49,910 bases of DNA from an uncultured bacterium (GCA_963834265.1 CAWIAU010000002.1:141929-191838), one strand, 5' to 3'; positions 17,551 through 28,227 are shown, numbered from the stretch's first letter. Numbers and translations: made by a program. Notes: a model not told the origin generated them from the letters alone.

Positions 17551-20007
17551 CTAAACTACAAAATTGACAAGTTTTTGAGGTACATAGATTGTTTTGCGTA
17601 TCTTTTTATCATGTAAGTAATCTGCAAGTTTGGGATTGGCTTTCGCTTTTTCTGTTATTTGATCTTCACCGGCATCCGCAGCGACGATGATATTGGCACG
17701 AACTTTGCCATTAACCTGAACCACGATAGTCAGCTGATCACTGATAAGGTATTCCTCGTCATGTTCGGGCCAATGACCGATATGTACACTGTCCGAATGA
17801 CCAAGATCATGCCACAACTCATCGGCAATATGCGGAGCAAATGGCGCAACAGACATTACGAGAGCTTCCAGTGTTTGTTGCCAGACTAAATTTTTTGCAA
17901 GACTGGTGACTTTCATCTTATACAGGTCATTGAGTGCCCCCATGGCAGTGGCGATTGCCGTGTTATAGTGGCTTCTCTCTATATCATTGGTAACTTTTTT
18001 GACCATAGCATGGCTTGTCCGCAAAATTTCCTGCTTTTGCTGATCAGGAGTTTCTGATGGCTCAGCAACCAGATATTCCTGCACCAGATTCCATACTCTT
18101 GATAGAAACCGGTGCGTGGCAGGTACCCCTTGCGGGTCCCAGCGCGTACTCAGTTCCAGTGGTGCGGCAAACATCAGGTAAGTCCGCAGTGCATCGGCGC
18201 CGTATCCGCTTTCGATAATCTCGAGCGGATCAACTCCATTGCCTTTGGACTTCGAAAACCCCCTGCCATCACTAGCCGTTACCTTGCCATTAAACAGGAA
18301 TTGCCGGAATGGTTCAGGCTCATTAATCAGACCTGATTTATAAAAGAATCGTGCAATAAATCTTGCATACAACAGATGGGCGGTTGCGTGGTCGGCACCG
18401 TTATAAAAATCAATCGGTTCCCATTTTCTGACAGTTTCACTATCAAATATTTTCTGCTGGTTAAATGGGTCGAAATAACGATACATGTACCAGCTGCTAT
18501 CGATGTATGTATCGAGCGTGTCAGTTTCACGCTCAGCCGGACCACCACACTCCGGACACGCAACATTCAGCCAGTCTTTGGCACGTGCCAGTGCGCTCCG
18601 GCCATCACCACTGGGCTGGAAATCATTCAGCTCCGGTAGTATAACCGGCAGATCCTCGTCGGCTACCAGCACTGTGCCGCATTCGGGACAGTTAATAACC
18701 GGAATCGGCGCTCCCCAATAGCGCTGTCGGCTAACGCTCCAATCGCGCATTTTATAATTAACTTTCTCTTTGCCAACATCCAGTTCAATTAATTTTTCCA
18801 GTATTTTTGTCCGACCTTCTTTAAAGTTCAGCCCGTCAAATTCTCCTGAGTTGGCCAGTGTAAACTTTTCGGGAGCATCCTTGATGTTAGTATATTCAAC
18901 AAACTCCTGCTGAGAGGTTGTATAGATAATATCCAGGTTATATTTTTGCGCAAATTCATAGTCACGCTCATCTTCGCCGGGCACACCCATAACTGCTCCC
19001 GTGCCGTAACCGGCTAAAACGTAGTCTGCAATCCAGATAGGAACTTCTTTGTTATTAAGTGGATTAATGGCATACGCGCCGGTAAAAACACCCGTCTTTG
19101 TCTTTTCAGCCTGACGCTCAATCTCTGATTTTTTCTGTGCTGCCTGAGCGTAAGCTTCAACCTCTGACTTTTGGATATCTGTCGTAATGGCTTCTACTAG
19201 TCCATGCTCCGGTGCCAGTACCATAAATGTCGTACCGAACATGGTATCATGCGCAACTGTAAAGACTGTGATTGTTGCATCAGAGTTTTTGATTTTATAA
19301 CTGACTTCAGCTCCGTTGCTTTTCCCGATCCAGTTTTTCTGAGCTATTTTGACACTTGGCGTCCAGTCCAGCTTATCGGTTGCCTCTAACAATTCATCAG
19401 CATACTCTGTGATCTTAAAAAACCATTGTCTGACTTCTTTTTTCCGGACCAAAGGGTCATCCGGCCCGTCGTGTCGCCAGCACTTGCCTTCGATTACCTG
19501 TTCGTTGGCCAGGACCGTCTGGCACTTTTCGCACCACCATTGCATACGCGCATCCTGATAGGCCAGACCGTTTTTGTACATTTGCGAAAATACCCACTGG
19601 GTCCATTTGTAATACTCGGGCAAATGAGTGGAAATCTCTTTCTCCCAATCATTGCTCCAGCCCATAGCCTTGTACTGCTTACGATAGCTTGGAATGATGG
19701 TCGCCATGCTTTCCTGCGGTGAAACTCCGGCTTTAATAGCATAATTCTCGGCTGGCAGCCCAAAGGCATCCCATCCAACAGGATGATAACTCTCATAACC
19801 CTGCTGGCGCTTGAATCGTGCCTTGACATCACTGATTGTGTAATTCATAGCATGGCCGATATGTATCCCGGCACCACTCGGGTAATTGAACATGCTCATG
19901 GCGATGTATTTAGGCTTCTTGCTTTGCAGATCGGCCGTATACACACCCGTTTCGTCCCAAATCTTTTGCCATTTGGGTTCTATCTCTTTTGGATTATATC
20001 TCTTCAT
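17551..20007 (-). CDS. leuS: Leucine--tRNA ligase
   Basis: MFNYPSGAGIHIGH (HIGH), GWDAFGLPAEN, GYGTGAVMGVP, DWSVSRQRYWGAPIP, FSKSKGN, VVQVNGKVR. Confidence 0.98.
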   Translation of the reverse strand: MKRYNPKEIEPKWQKIWDETGVYTADLQSKKPKYIAMSMFNYPSGAGIHIGHAMNYTISDVKARFKRQQGYESYHPVGWDAFGLPAENYAIKAGVSPQESMATIIPSYRKQYKAMGWSNDWEKEISTHLPEYYKWTQWVFSQMYKNGLAYQDARMQWWCEKCQTVLANEQVIEGKCWRHDGPDDPLVRKKEVRQWFFKITEYADELLEATDKLDWTPSVKIAQKNWIGKSNGAEVSYKIKNSDATITVFTVAHDTMFGTTFMVLAPEHGLVEAITTDIQKSEVEAYAQAAQKKSEIERQAEKTKTGVFTGAYAINPLNNKEVPIWIADYVLAGYGTGAVMGVPGEDERDYEFAQKYNLDIIYTTSQQEFVEYTNIKDAPEKFTLANSGEFDGLNFKEGRTKILEKLIELDVGKEKVNYKMRDWSVSRQRYWGAPIPVINCPECGTVLVADEDLPVILPELNDFQPSGDGRSALARAKDWLNVACPECGGPAERETDTLDTYIDSSWYMYRYFDPFNQQKIFDSETVRKWEPIDFYNGADHATAHLLYARFIARFFYKSGLINEPEPFRQFLFNGKVTASDGRGFSKSKGNGVDPLEIIESGYGADALRTYLMFAAPLELSTRWDPQGVPATHRFLSRVWNLVQEYLVAEPSETPDQQKQEILRTSHAMVKKVTNDIERSHYNTAIATAMGALNDLYKMKVTSLAKNLVWQQTLEALVMSVAPFAPHIADELWHDLGHSDSVHIGHWPEHDEEYLISDQLTIVVQVNGKVRANIIVAADAGEDQITEKAKANPKLADYLHDKKIRKTIYVPQKLVNFVV

Positions 20008-20018
20008 TAGTTTAGGTA

Positions 20019-20963
20019 TTATACCTTAACCTCGGTCAACCAGTGAGATGAATCGGAAGTGTTTCCATGCCGTGCAGAAGAATAGGCTTCTATAAATTTC
20101 CTTGTAAGCGGGCCGGTAGTGCCGTCACCAACGGAACGTTTATCGATTGATAAAATCGGTGTAATATTTGCTGAAGAACCACAAAAGAATGCTTCATTGG
20201 CTGCAAAGAGCTCATCCTTTTTCATCGGCCGTTCAATACATGGAATTTTGGCATGTTTCGCAAGTTGTAAAATACTGTCCCGGGTGATACCGATCAAAAT
20301 GTCGCTGGACGAGTCCGGCGTAATCAGTTCGCCATCTTTTACAATGAAAATATTGGCGACAGTTCCTTCGCTTACCTGTCCGCGGTCATTCAGGGCGATT
20401 GCGTCATCGTAACCATCCATGAGAGCCGCATTTTTCATCAGGCTGGCATTGACGTAGCTGCCATTGGCCTTGAGATTGGAAGGAATAGCTTTGTCAGAGT
20501 TGCGCTGCCACCCGGAAATACAGATATGAACACCGGATTGTGCCATAATCTCGCCGAAAGGATAGACATACATGCTGAGGGCATTTGCAAGCCCGTGCAT
20601 TCGTGTTCCGGCGGCTAATTCATCGACGAATACTGTGGCACGAATCAAAACATCTTCGCTAATATTATTTCGTTTTAGTAAGCTCTGTGCCGTATCAGCA
20701 AATCGTTCAAAGTTCCATTTTTGCTCAAAATCCGACAAATCCATTACTTTGGCGGAATTTATAAGTCGCTGATAATGATCCTGCAGGCGAAAAATCTGTA
20801 AGCAGTTGTTTGTTGCGTCACGCGTCGCACCGAAGACTGTATAAACTGATAATCCATAGAGGACTGATGAGCTCGCCACACTGAGATTCGCCTGAGAAAA
20901 TGATACGAACTTATTTCTCAAAAATACTTCTGTTTTCTCAAGCTGTAATGTCCCGCCACTCAT
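20019..20963 (-). CDS. PLP-dependent aminotransferase class IV (IlvE/DAT-like)
   Basis: FRLQDHYQRL, KANGSY catalytic Lys, SEGTVANIF, ILIGITR, EAFFCGS; ATG 20963 avoids overlap with ddl. Confidence 0.88.
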   Translation of the reverse strand: MSGGTLQLEKTEVFLRNKFVSFSQANLSVASSSVLYGLSVYTVFGATRDATNNCLQIFRLQDHYQRLINSAKVMDLSDFEQKWNFERFADTAQSLLKRNNISEDVLIRATVFVDELAAGTRMHGLANALSMYVYPFGEIMAQSGVHICISGWQRNSDKAIPSNLKANGSYVNASLMKNAALMDGYDDAIALNDRGQVSEGTVANIFIVKDGELITPDSSSDILIGITRDSILQLAKHAKIPCIERPMKKDELFAANEAFFCGSSANITPILSIDKRSVGDGTTGPLTRKFIEAYSSARHGNTSDSSHWLTEVKV

Positions 20964-20970
20964 AACTGAC

Positions 20971-22146
20971 TCAAAATTGCTGCAGATAGTTAGTACTGAA
21001 AGAGGTGGTAAGGGCCTGTCGCTGAGTATGGCGTTCTTTGGCAAAACCGATCAGTTTTTGGACCAGTTCCACGCCGGATACGCCTACGCTCCGCCAGTTG
21101 TGAGCATACAAACCGCCGGGCATAGGATTAACTTCGTTGAAGAAAACATTGCCCGTTTGAGAATCGATAAGCATATCCACCCGGGCGATGCCACTGCAAC
21201 CCAGTGCTTTGTAAACGCTCATCCCGACAGCCTCTGTTCTGGCATACAAAGGTTCGGGCAAATCAGCCGGAATCTGACTGTAACCTTGTGCACCTTTGGC
21301 TCCTCCCTTACCGCCGTTCTTACCTTTTTTGCCACCTTGCATATATTTGGTATCGAAATCAAAGAAGTCTTCAGGTCGCGTCAGGGGTTTCTCCAGCATA
21401 GCCGGCTGAGGATGATCAGCGTTGCCCATAACCGGCAGAGTTATTTCGAGCAGATTCTGCACTGCTTCCTCGACAATGACCTTGTCGTCGTAATGAGCGG
21501 CAACCTCCAGCGCATTACGTAGTTCGATATCATTGCTGACACGACTGATACCAATACTCGAGCCCAGCCTGGCCGGCTTTACGAAAATCGGATAACTCAA
21601 AGCTGATATGACAGATTTTACGGCACTACCGGGCTCACGCTCCAGCTCAGATTTCGTAAATGCAATGAATTTGGTGACCGGAATATTATTTGCTGCGGCC
21701 AGCTGCTTGGCCAGAACTTTATCCATTGTTACGGCAGCCGCACTGACACCGCAACCAACATACGGTATACCAGCCATATCCAATAGCCCCATCAATGCCC
21801 CGTCTTCTCCGTATGTGCCGTGCATGGCCGGAAATGCAATGTCTATTTTGCGTGACTGTTTACGACCAGCGATGCCACTGGCTTTGACTAGTGTCATACC
21901 CCCGTCGAACTGCACACTTGCCGGCTGAGTGCGATGCAGATAATCCTGAATGTTGCCTGAGGTAAATAACTTTATATCTTTTAGCTTTTCGTCCCAGTAC
22001 CACGCACCGTCTTTTGCAATATAAATTGCTTCAACGCGATACTTTTTGGTTAGCTCCAGAGGTTTGATAATACTTGCGAGAGCGGTGACAATTGACACAT
22101 CGTGTTCAGCGGATCGCCCCCCGAATAGTACCGCTACAGTTTCCAT
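20971..22146 (-). CDS. ddl: D-alanine--D-alanine ligase
   Basis: LFGGRSAEHDVS, HGTYGEDG, VKPARLGSSIGI, FFDFDTKY, ARVD, NEVNPMPG. Confidence 0.96.
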   Translation of the reverse strand: METVAVLFGGRSAEHDVSIVTALASIIKPLELTKKYRVEAIYIAKDGAWYWDEKLKDIKLFTSGNIQDYLHRTQPASVQFDGGMTLVKASGIAGRKQSRKIDIAFPAMHGTYGEDGALMGLLDMAGIPYVGCGVSAAAVTMDKVLAKQLAAANNIPVTKFIAFTKSELEREPGSAVKSVISALSYPIFVKPARLGSSIGISRVSNDIELRNALEVAAHYDDKVIVEEAVQNLLEITLPVMGNADHPQPAMLEKPLTRPEDFFDFDTKYMQGGKKGKNGGKGGAKGAQGYSQIPADLPEPLYARTEAVGMSVYKALGCSGIARVDMLIDSQTGNVFFNEVNPMPGGLYAHNWRSVGVSGVELVQKLIGFAKERHTQRQALTTSFSTNYLQQF

Positions 22147-22209
22147 AATCTGAAGTGTAGCATAAAGTATAATACATTTCAATTATACAATTAATATGTA
22201 CAATTAAAA

Positions 22210-22238
22210 TTGACATCACTGCTCCTCTGTCATAAAGT
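22210..22238 (+). promoter_or_regulatory. sigma70-type promoter for the dipeptidase gene
   Basis: TTGACA-17 nt-TAAAGT. Confidence 0.55.
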
Positions 22239-22262
22239 GGGATATCAAAGTTAAGGATAATT

Positions 22263-23195
22263 ATGGCAACAGAAGTTTTATACATGGAGGAGCTGGCAAG
22301 GGAGCCGATACCAGAACTACCTTCTGTCGATGGCTGGAAAGATATCCGTATACGCGAAAACGGGGAGCCACTGGTTACACTGGGCAGCCTGGGCATTGCA
22401 TCGGCCTCCTTTTATGCCGGTATCCATAACTTTTCACCATATTATAAAGATTCACTAAAAGGATCTTTACAGAAAGTTTATGTGCGGGAGGGCCTGGGCG
22501 AAGCCCTGCAGCAAGCACAAACTTTTTTGCCTGACGATATGTGCCTGATAGGGCTGGACGGTTTCCGTCCCGATTCTGTTCAAAAGTCTTTGTACAATTC
22601 TTTTCTTAACCGCCTAACGATGCTTCGGCCGGATTGGTCAGAAGAAGCACGGGAACTATATACTCAAAAATATGTTTCAAAACCTTCGACAAAGCCAGCC
22701 ACACCTGCTCCGCACGCTACTGGTGGTAGTATAGACCAGTGGCTTGTACGTCTGAACCATGATCATAGCAGACATGATATTCCTAAAAAAAGTTTCTCAA
22801 AACACGTATTAAAAAATAGTGTCTGGTTACCGGCCGGTGCGCCATTCGATCATGGTGGTGAAAGTTCAGCACTACGATATTATGAAGAAAATGATGATAC
22901 ACAGGAAGCAATAGAATTCCGCCAGAACCGCCGCATACTTTACTGGATACTGAAATCAGCCGGAATCGAAGTTTATCCTGAAGAATTCTGGCATGGCAAT
23001 CTTGGCAATCAGATGGCTGCAAAAACAACCGGAGTGAAAAAAGCTGTTTACGGAAAGGCTGCTTTATCCGATGCGCAGAAGAAAATCGAGAAAAGGTTAA
23101 GGTCAAAACCCCTTAAAGTTGGCAAAAAGATGTACACTGCCGGGTACCCTGAAGGCGAAATAATACAACCGGACGAATCCAGCCTTCCTGACTAA
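22263..23195 (+). CDS. M15D D-Ala-D-Ala dipeptidase (VanX/DdpX-like)
   Basis: LDGFRP..VQ, APHATGGSID (HxxGxxxD), PFD, EEFWH zinc-ligand motifs. Confidence 0.85.
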   Translation: MATEVLYMEELAREPIPELPSVDGWKDIRIRENGEPLVTLGSLGIASASFYAGIHNFSPYYKDSLKGSLQKVYVREGLGEALQQAQTFLPDDMCLIGLDGFRPDSVQKSLYNSFLNRLTMLRPDWSEEARELYTQKYVSKPSTKPATPAPHATGGSIDQWLVRLNHDHSRHDIPKKSFSKHVLKNSVWLPAGAPFDHGGESSALRYYEENDDTQEAIEFRQNRRILYWILKSAGIEVYPEEFWHGNLGNQMAAKTTGVKKAVYGKAALSDAQKKIEKRLRSKPLKVGKKMYTAGYPEGEIIQPDESSLPD

Positions 23196-23354
23196 TGACA
23201 CTACGCTCTTAAATGTCGCTAAAGCCGGCTGATGATTACTGAGCTCAAACAGTTTTTAGTAATTGAGGAGTATCGCCGGATACGGCGGGGGCATAACAAT
23301 TTTTTAGAACCAGAGGGCGCTGTCAGACCGGGTCGGATCAGAGTGTTTTGGCTT

Positions 23355-24779
23355 TTAAGTGTAATTATCGGTCAGGTCATTCTGCATCAGGACCAGGTCA
23401 CCGGCAGCCAGCAAATGCTCAAGATTAGTATAAAACTCCAGCGGATTAGTTTCTATAACCAGTTCACCCCTGAATCCGGCCTTTGTCATGCCTTGTTTGA
23501 TAATATCTGTAACTGAATTTTGCATCAGTACAACCCGATCCGGTACGGCTTCAGCAATCAGACGGCCAATTTCTAAATGAGCATTTGTAGTTTCTTCGCC
23601 CTGATCCACGAGACCGGGGGTTACATATATTTTGCGTTTGGCGGATAATTCTTTCAGCAATTCTAACCCGGCACGCATACCTTCCAGATTGCCGTTGTAT
23701 GTGTCGTCGATGATCCAGGCGCCGTGCATTTGCCTCGCACTCATGCGATGTTCAAAAGGCTTTGTGTCGGCGACACCGTGCCGGATTTGGTCTGCCGATA
23801 ATCCGAATTCACTTGCGAGTGCTATACAGACTGCCAGTGGTCCGAGAAGATGGTACCCTATCAGCGCCGTTTCGAAGTCCAGCGTTGGTCCGCCATTTAT
23901 ACTAGCCTGAAATTTCATACCCGTAATGGATATTTTTACATTATGGATAACGACACCCTCTGCCCCGTCACGATCATACTGATGAAAAGGACGTGTACCT
24001 ATATTGCCTAATGCAAGTAAATCTGATGATTCAGCATTCAGGTAGATGTTTTCTGCTTTGATATAATCGGCCAGAGACATCAGGTCATCGGCGACAGCTT
24101 GCAAGGTTTTGTAATGATCCAGATGATTGGGTGCAAGGCCTGTAATAACTCCTTTATCAGGACGTGTGGTTCTGGCAAATCGTCCTATATCTCCCGGTGC
24201 ACCTTCCCCGTATTCTATGATCAGAATTTCTTCATCACCGTCCAGCCGGCTTATCCACTGCGCATGGCTGAGTCCTACATTCTTGTTACCCGGAGTGGCT
24301 GCAACCTTTTTGCTTCGATTTAAAATGGTGTTCAGCAGTTCTTTAACAGTTGTTTTGCCGTAGCTGCCGGCAATAGCAATTTTGATTGCAGGATGATGTT
24401 CGAACAATACAGCTGATTGCTTGGTCAGACGCCGGCGGCGCGGTGCTTCGATAAACAGCCATGCCAGTAAAATAACCATGTAAAGCGCGATAATCATTAT
24501 TAATGGCAGAAGCAGAAGCACCGGCAGCACAAAGTACTGTTTTATGGTGATGAGCACTATCATACTGATAATACTGAGAGCTCCTGCGCCGTAAACAAAA
24601 AGTATAAGCAGCCGGGCTTTACTGGTCAGCACGAGCTGTTGACGATGCATGACCTGGCTGTAGCGGGGCAATCTTGCAACCCAGCGGATAAAAGCATCAG
24701 GATCGTATTCAACCTGTTGCATCATATATACCAGAAACACAGGCAGTTTAGGATGGTACAAGCTCAGAATACGCTTCAT
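23355..24779 (-). CDS. murF: UDP-MurNAc-tripeptide--D-Ala-D-Ala ligase with N-terminal membrane anchor
   Basis: IAGSYGKTTVKE, HLD, IIDDTYNGN, TPGLVDQG, NDLTDNY end. Confidence 0.9.
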   Translation of the reverse strand: MKRILSLYHPKLPVFLVYMMQQVEYDPDAFIRWVARLPRYSQVMHRQQLVLTSKARLLILFVYGAGALSIISMIVLITIKQYFVLPVLLLLPLIMIIALYMVILLAWLFIEAPRRRRLTKQSAVLFEHHPAIKIAIAGSYGKTTVKELLNTILNRSKKVAATPGNKNVGLSHAQWISRLDGDEEILIIEYGEGAPGDIGRFARTTRPDKGVITGLAPNHLDHYKTLQAVADDLMSLADYIKAENIYLNAESSDLLALGNIGTRPFHQYDRDGAEGVVIHNVKISITGMKFQASINGGPTLDFETALIGYHLLGPLAVCIALASEFGLSADQIRHGVADTKPFEHRMSARQMHGAWIIDDTYNGNLEGMRAGLELLKELSAKRKIYVTPGLVDQGEETTNAHLEIGRLIAEAVPDRVVLMQNSVTDIIKQGMTKAGFRGELVIETNPLEFYTNLEHLLAAGDLVLMQNDLTDNYT

Positions 24780-25528
24780 TTCAAAAATTCCCTGATCAAA
24801 CCGGCAACTTTGTATACCTGTTCACGGTGGATGTGGTGGCCGGTGCTTTCAATAACATGCAGTCTGGATTCAGGTATAGCCTCTTCAAACATTTTTCCGT
24901 ACCGGATGGGAGTTGAGGTATCTTCCCCGCCGTAAATCAGTATGGTCGGCAATCGTAACATCCTGGCGTCATCCAATACATCGGTAGCTACAATATTCCG
25001 GAAGGTTTCCTGCATATGTTCGGCAATCATATAGTCAGAACCGATTGAGCTGTAGAACTTTTGCCTGATCTTTTTTTGGGTGGATCCGGGTGTTGCTTTG
25101 AGTATCAGCTTCGCCGGCCCGGCCAGCAAAGACAGGCTTTTGTTTCGGATAGATTTCGGATTTCTAATTCCTGCCGATGCCAGCAAAATTAGTTTTTCAC
25201 TCGTAAAATGCTTGTTTGCTAAGCCCACAACTGCAATAGCACCACCATTAGAGTGAGCAATCACAGCATACGGAGTTATCCTGAGTTTATCTATAAAACT
25301 GCTTACAAATCCGGCATAGTCATCCAGTTGCCATGCTGTCTTTGGTGCTTCGCTGGCACCAAACCCGGGTAAGTCCGGTGAAATAATCTGATAGTCCGGG
25401 GCAAATTGTTTAGCCAGACTTTCAAATGTCTTCCCGTTATCCGCCCAGCCGTGGAGACAAAGAATGACTCTGGCCCCATTACCAATAGTGTGGTAACTGG
25501 TTAACAGGCCATTAACAACTAGTTTCAT
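24776..25528 (-). CDS. Alpha/beta hydrolase
   Basis: LHGW, PDLPGFG, AHSNGG nucleophile elbow, GGED, TGHH. Confidence 0.92.
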   Translation of the reverse strand: MKLVVNGLLTSYHTIGNGARVILCLHGWADNGKTFESLAKQFAPDYQIISPDLPGFGASEAPKTAWQLDDYAGFVSSFIDKLRITPYAVIAHSNGGAIAVVGLANKHFTSEKLILLASAGIRNPKSIRNKSLSLLAGPAKLILKATPGSTQKKIRQKFYSSIGSDYMIAEHMQETFRNIVATDVLDDARMLRLPTILIYGGEDTSTPIRYGKMFEEAIPESRLHVIESTGHHIHREQVYKVAGLIREFLK

Positions 25529-25570
25529 ACTGCGCTATATTGTAGCTTGCCTGAACTGTACAAACCTAAT

Positions 25571-27136
25571 CTATTCCTCGCCAAACAATGCCTTACACTC
25601 AGGTGGCAACGCATTTTCAGGAGCTGAGATACAACGATTAATCAATTGCTGATCCGGCACAGGACCAGCGGGTCCGGCCGGGCTAACACCGCCGAGAGCT
25701 CCGCCCAGTAATGCGCCATATACTTCCAGCAATGATTTAGCACCCTCCGGCTTCCTGAACTCTACTTTATCATTACCCGGCTCTCCGTTAGCATTAAGCG
25801 TGAATTTGAATGGGGCACCATCACTCTTGCCGTCAACATTGGCTGTAATCGCATATTTGTCAGTCTTGGTATTGAGTGTAACTTTGAGCTCACCTTTACC
25901 TTCGCCTGCCCCGTCTTTCGTCTGGCCACGGATAACAAACGGGAACTCGTCACCTCCGGTGTAAAGCAAACCTATATCCAAATAATTGTCTTTCTTGTCT
26001 TTTTCTGCAATCCGTACGATATGAATCAGTTTGGTTTTAAGATCTACATAAACATCAAATGTATCGGACTCATTGATACTGTCTATGTCTTTGGTGTCAT
26101 AGCATTCTTTACTTATATCTTCTGAAGACCGGCCCATGGAAAGAGTTTTGTAAAGCTTGTTGCCCAGAATTTTATCACAAACAGCCTTGTTGTAGGCCTT
26201 TAGATTAGCTTTGTTGAACCCGACTTTGTAATGATAGACATCCCGGCCATCCATCGATTCTTTACCTACATTTTCTTTGCGCACCAGTACGGCTTTGGAC
26301 GGATCATCAGTCAGAACATATTCTTTGGTAACCTCACCTATGTCTTTAGCCAGTGCGATTACATCTTCTGCTTTTATTTCGGTAGTAGTGTCCTGAGCAG
26401 CAGATTTTTCCATCTGATCAAAAATTGTATGATCGATAACAAACCACTGGTTGTCATATGCCGCCAGACTTTCTCCTATACCACCGGCTTCGGCAGGAAA
26501 TACTTTATCAAGACCCTTCAGACCACTCACTTTTGCATAAATATCCGGATACCTGGTATTGGCCGGAACATTTGTCAGTAAATTAAGTTCAAATCGTGCC
26601 CCGGATGCTCCCAGAGTTATTTTACTATCAGATGTTTTCTCATCATACTTGGATTCGATCGTGCCGTCGGCGACCATTCCGCCTGCATCGATTTTATAAT
26701 CACCGGTGAGCTTACCGCCTTTTGTGTCTTTTTTCTTATCGGCATATTCTACTAATTTATCGTAGCCTTTTCCGGTATTTTCAAGGGATTTCTTCCAGAC
26801 ATTTTCCGGCTTATTGGGTACGACTGAGCCAAAGTACGCAGCTGCGCTGCCGCCAAGTAATATGATAACTGCAGCAGTGATACCGACAAGCAGTTTCTTT
26901 TTGTTGCCACTCCCGTACTCGGGCGTGCTGTTACCTGATCCTGTGCCTGTTGCAGATACCGGTGGTTGTGATTGGTATGATTGCTCACCGGGAACAGATG
27001 CACCGGCCGGAGATACCTGAGTCGGCTCAACTGCCGGGTTATCAGAAGTTGACGGAGTATTTGCATCAGGCCCGGAGTTGACGCTTTGTCGGGACTCATT
27101 CTCTGTCCCGGTGTTCGGATTATCTTGTGGTTTCAT
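25571..27136 (-). CDS. Membrane-anchored beta-rich hypothetical protein
   Basis: Disordered N-terminus, KKK + TM helix, then a large domain with 'KESMDGRDVYHYKV' and 'VYVDLKTKLIHIV'. Confidence 0.8.
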   Translation of the reverse strand: MKPQDNPNTGTENESRQSVNSGPDANTPSTSDNPAVEPTQVSPAGASVPGEQSYQSQPPVSATGTGSGNSTPEYGSGNKKKLLVGITAAVIILLGGSAAAYFGSVVPNKPENVWKKSLENTGKGYDKLVEYADKKKDTKGGKLTGDYKIDAGGMVADGTIESKYDEKTSDSKITLGASGARFELNLLTNVPANTRYPDIYAKVSGLKGLDKVFPAEAGGIGESLAAYDNQWFVIDHTIFDQMEKSAAQDTTTEIKAEDVIALAKDIGEVTKEYVLTDDPSKAVLVRKENVGKESMDGRDVYHYKVGFNKANLKAYNKAVCDKILGNKLYKTLSMGRSSEDISKECYDTKDIDSINESDTFDVYVDLKTKLIHIVRIAEKDKKDNYLDIGLLYTGGDEFPFVIRGQTKDGAGEGKGELKVTLNTKTDKYAITANVDGKSDGAPFKFTLNANGEPGNDKVEFRKPEGAKSLLEVYGALLGGALGGVSPAGPAGPVPDQQLINRCISAPENALPPECKALFGEE

Positions 27137-27225
27137 GCTTGATTACCTCCCTATATAGTCATTTATGCTATTGCTTCTCTGTTACGAATGTATACAAATC
27201 ATAGATTGTTAATGCAAAATAATTA

Positions 27226-28203
27226 TTAATTCTGACCTGACTGTTGCAGACCTTCCACGCGTTTTTGCAATTCCGAAAAATCAATACTTTGTGGAGGCAG
27301 AGGTACTCCTGTACGGAGACCATGAGATTGATATTTTTCGACTTTACCAGAGTCAGCATATCTCAGACTCACGAGATCACGACTCAGTATATCAATAGTC
27401 ATCTGAACTTTCAGAGGAGGTGCATCAGCATATGCTTTGGGGTCAAGCTGTGCCTGCTCACCCAGGCCGCTAAGCCGGGCATATGCAGCCAGTGCTTCGA
27501 CCAATCCCTGTGTCGCTATACTCATGTCATAAACCATTACCTGCCGGCCGTTCTGATTCTTTTTTTCAGCTTTAGAGTAACTATAAACATTCTTATCTTT
27601 CATTATATTCAGAATCGCCTGGCGATCAGCTTTTTTCAGGTTGCCGTATGGTACAAGGAATGGTGATCGTACGAATAAGGCTTCATTCAGAAAAATCGGA
27701 TCCTGACCGGTTGAATCAAGTTTACTCCATACATTGACTATATTCCCCAGAGCATTACGATCCAAACCTGTAGCCGGCGATTCTATGGACTGGTAGCGGG
27801 CATAGTCTTCTCTATTCGTTCCTATAGTCTCGGTAGTTACTTTGTTAATACCGGACTGATCTCTTTGTGCTACGGTTGTAACCGTCTGTGCAGTTGGAGT
27901 GGGGGATAAGTGGAGTCGAACGGACTGGTCAAGAAAGTTAGTCTGATCTTCCTCCACAATATTGCGGGTAACACTGCCGGTTTGCAGACTGCGTGTAAGC
28001 ATGCCTGCCAGAATTCTGTCGGGATCAGTAAAGATTGATTGCCACCAGAACCAGCCACTTACACCCAGCATTCCAATGCTAAGTACCAGAACAGCGCTGA
28101 TGATTTGCCTGAAAGAAAGTCCCGGTATCCCGCGTTGTAAACGCTTATTAGAAACTTTTGCTTTGGTTACTGCCTTTGCGGATTTTGGTGATGATTTAGC
28201 CAT
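27226..28203 (-). CDS. Membrane-anchored hypothetical protein (LolA/LppX-like pattern)
   Basis: Basic N-terminus + TM helix, 'NGRQVMVYDM', 'MTIDILSRDLVSL', 'VPLP' end. Confidence 0.75.
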   Translation of the reverse strand: MAKSSPKSAKAVTKAKVSNKRLQRGIPGLSFRQIISAVLVLSIGMLGVSGWFWWQSIFTDPDRILAGMLTRSLQTGSVTRNIVEEDQTNFLDQSVRLHLSPTPTAQTVTTVAQRDQSGINKVTTETIGTNREDYARYQSIESPATGLDRNALGNIVNVWSKLDSTGQDPIFLNEALFVRSPFLVPYGNLKKADRQAILNIMKDKNVYSYSKAEKKNQNGRQVMVYDMSIATQGLVEALAAYARLSGLGEQAQLDPKAYADAPPLKVQMTIDILSRDLVSLRYADSGKVEKYQSHGLRTGVPLPPQSIDFSELQKRVEGLQQSGQN

Positions 28204-28227
28204 AGCTTTTAGTGTACCTCAAATTAA

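Noticed and set aside
20971-23195. VanA/VanB-type glycopeptide resistance cluster
   Set aside because: The ligase keeps the Tyr of the omega loop (FDTKY) typical of D-Ala-D-Ala ligases; no vanH, vanR or vanS nearby.
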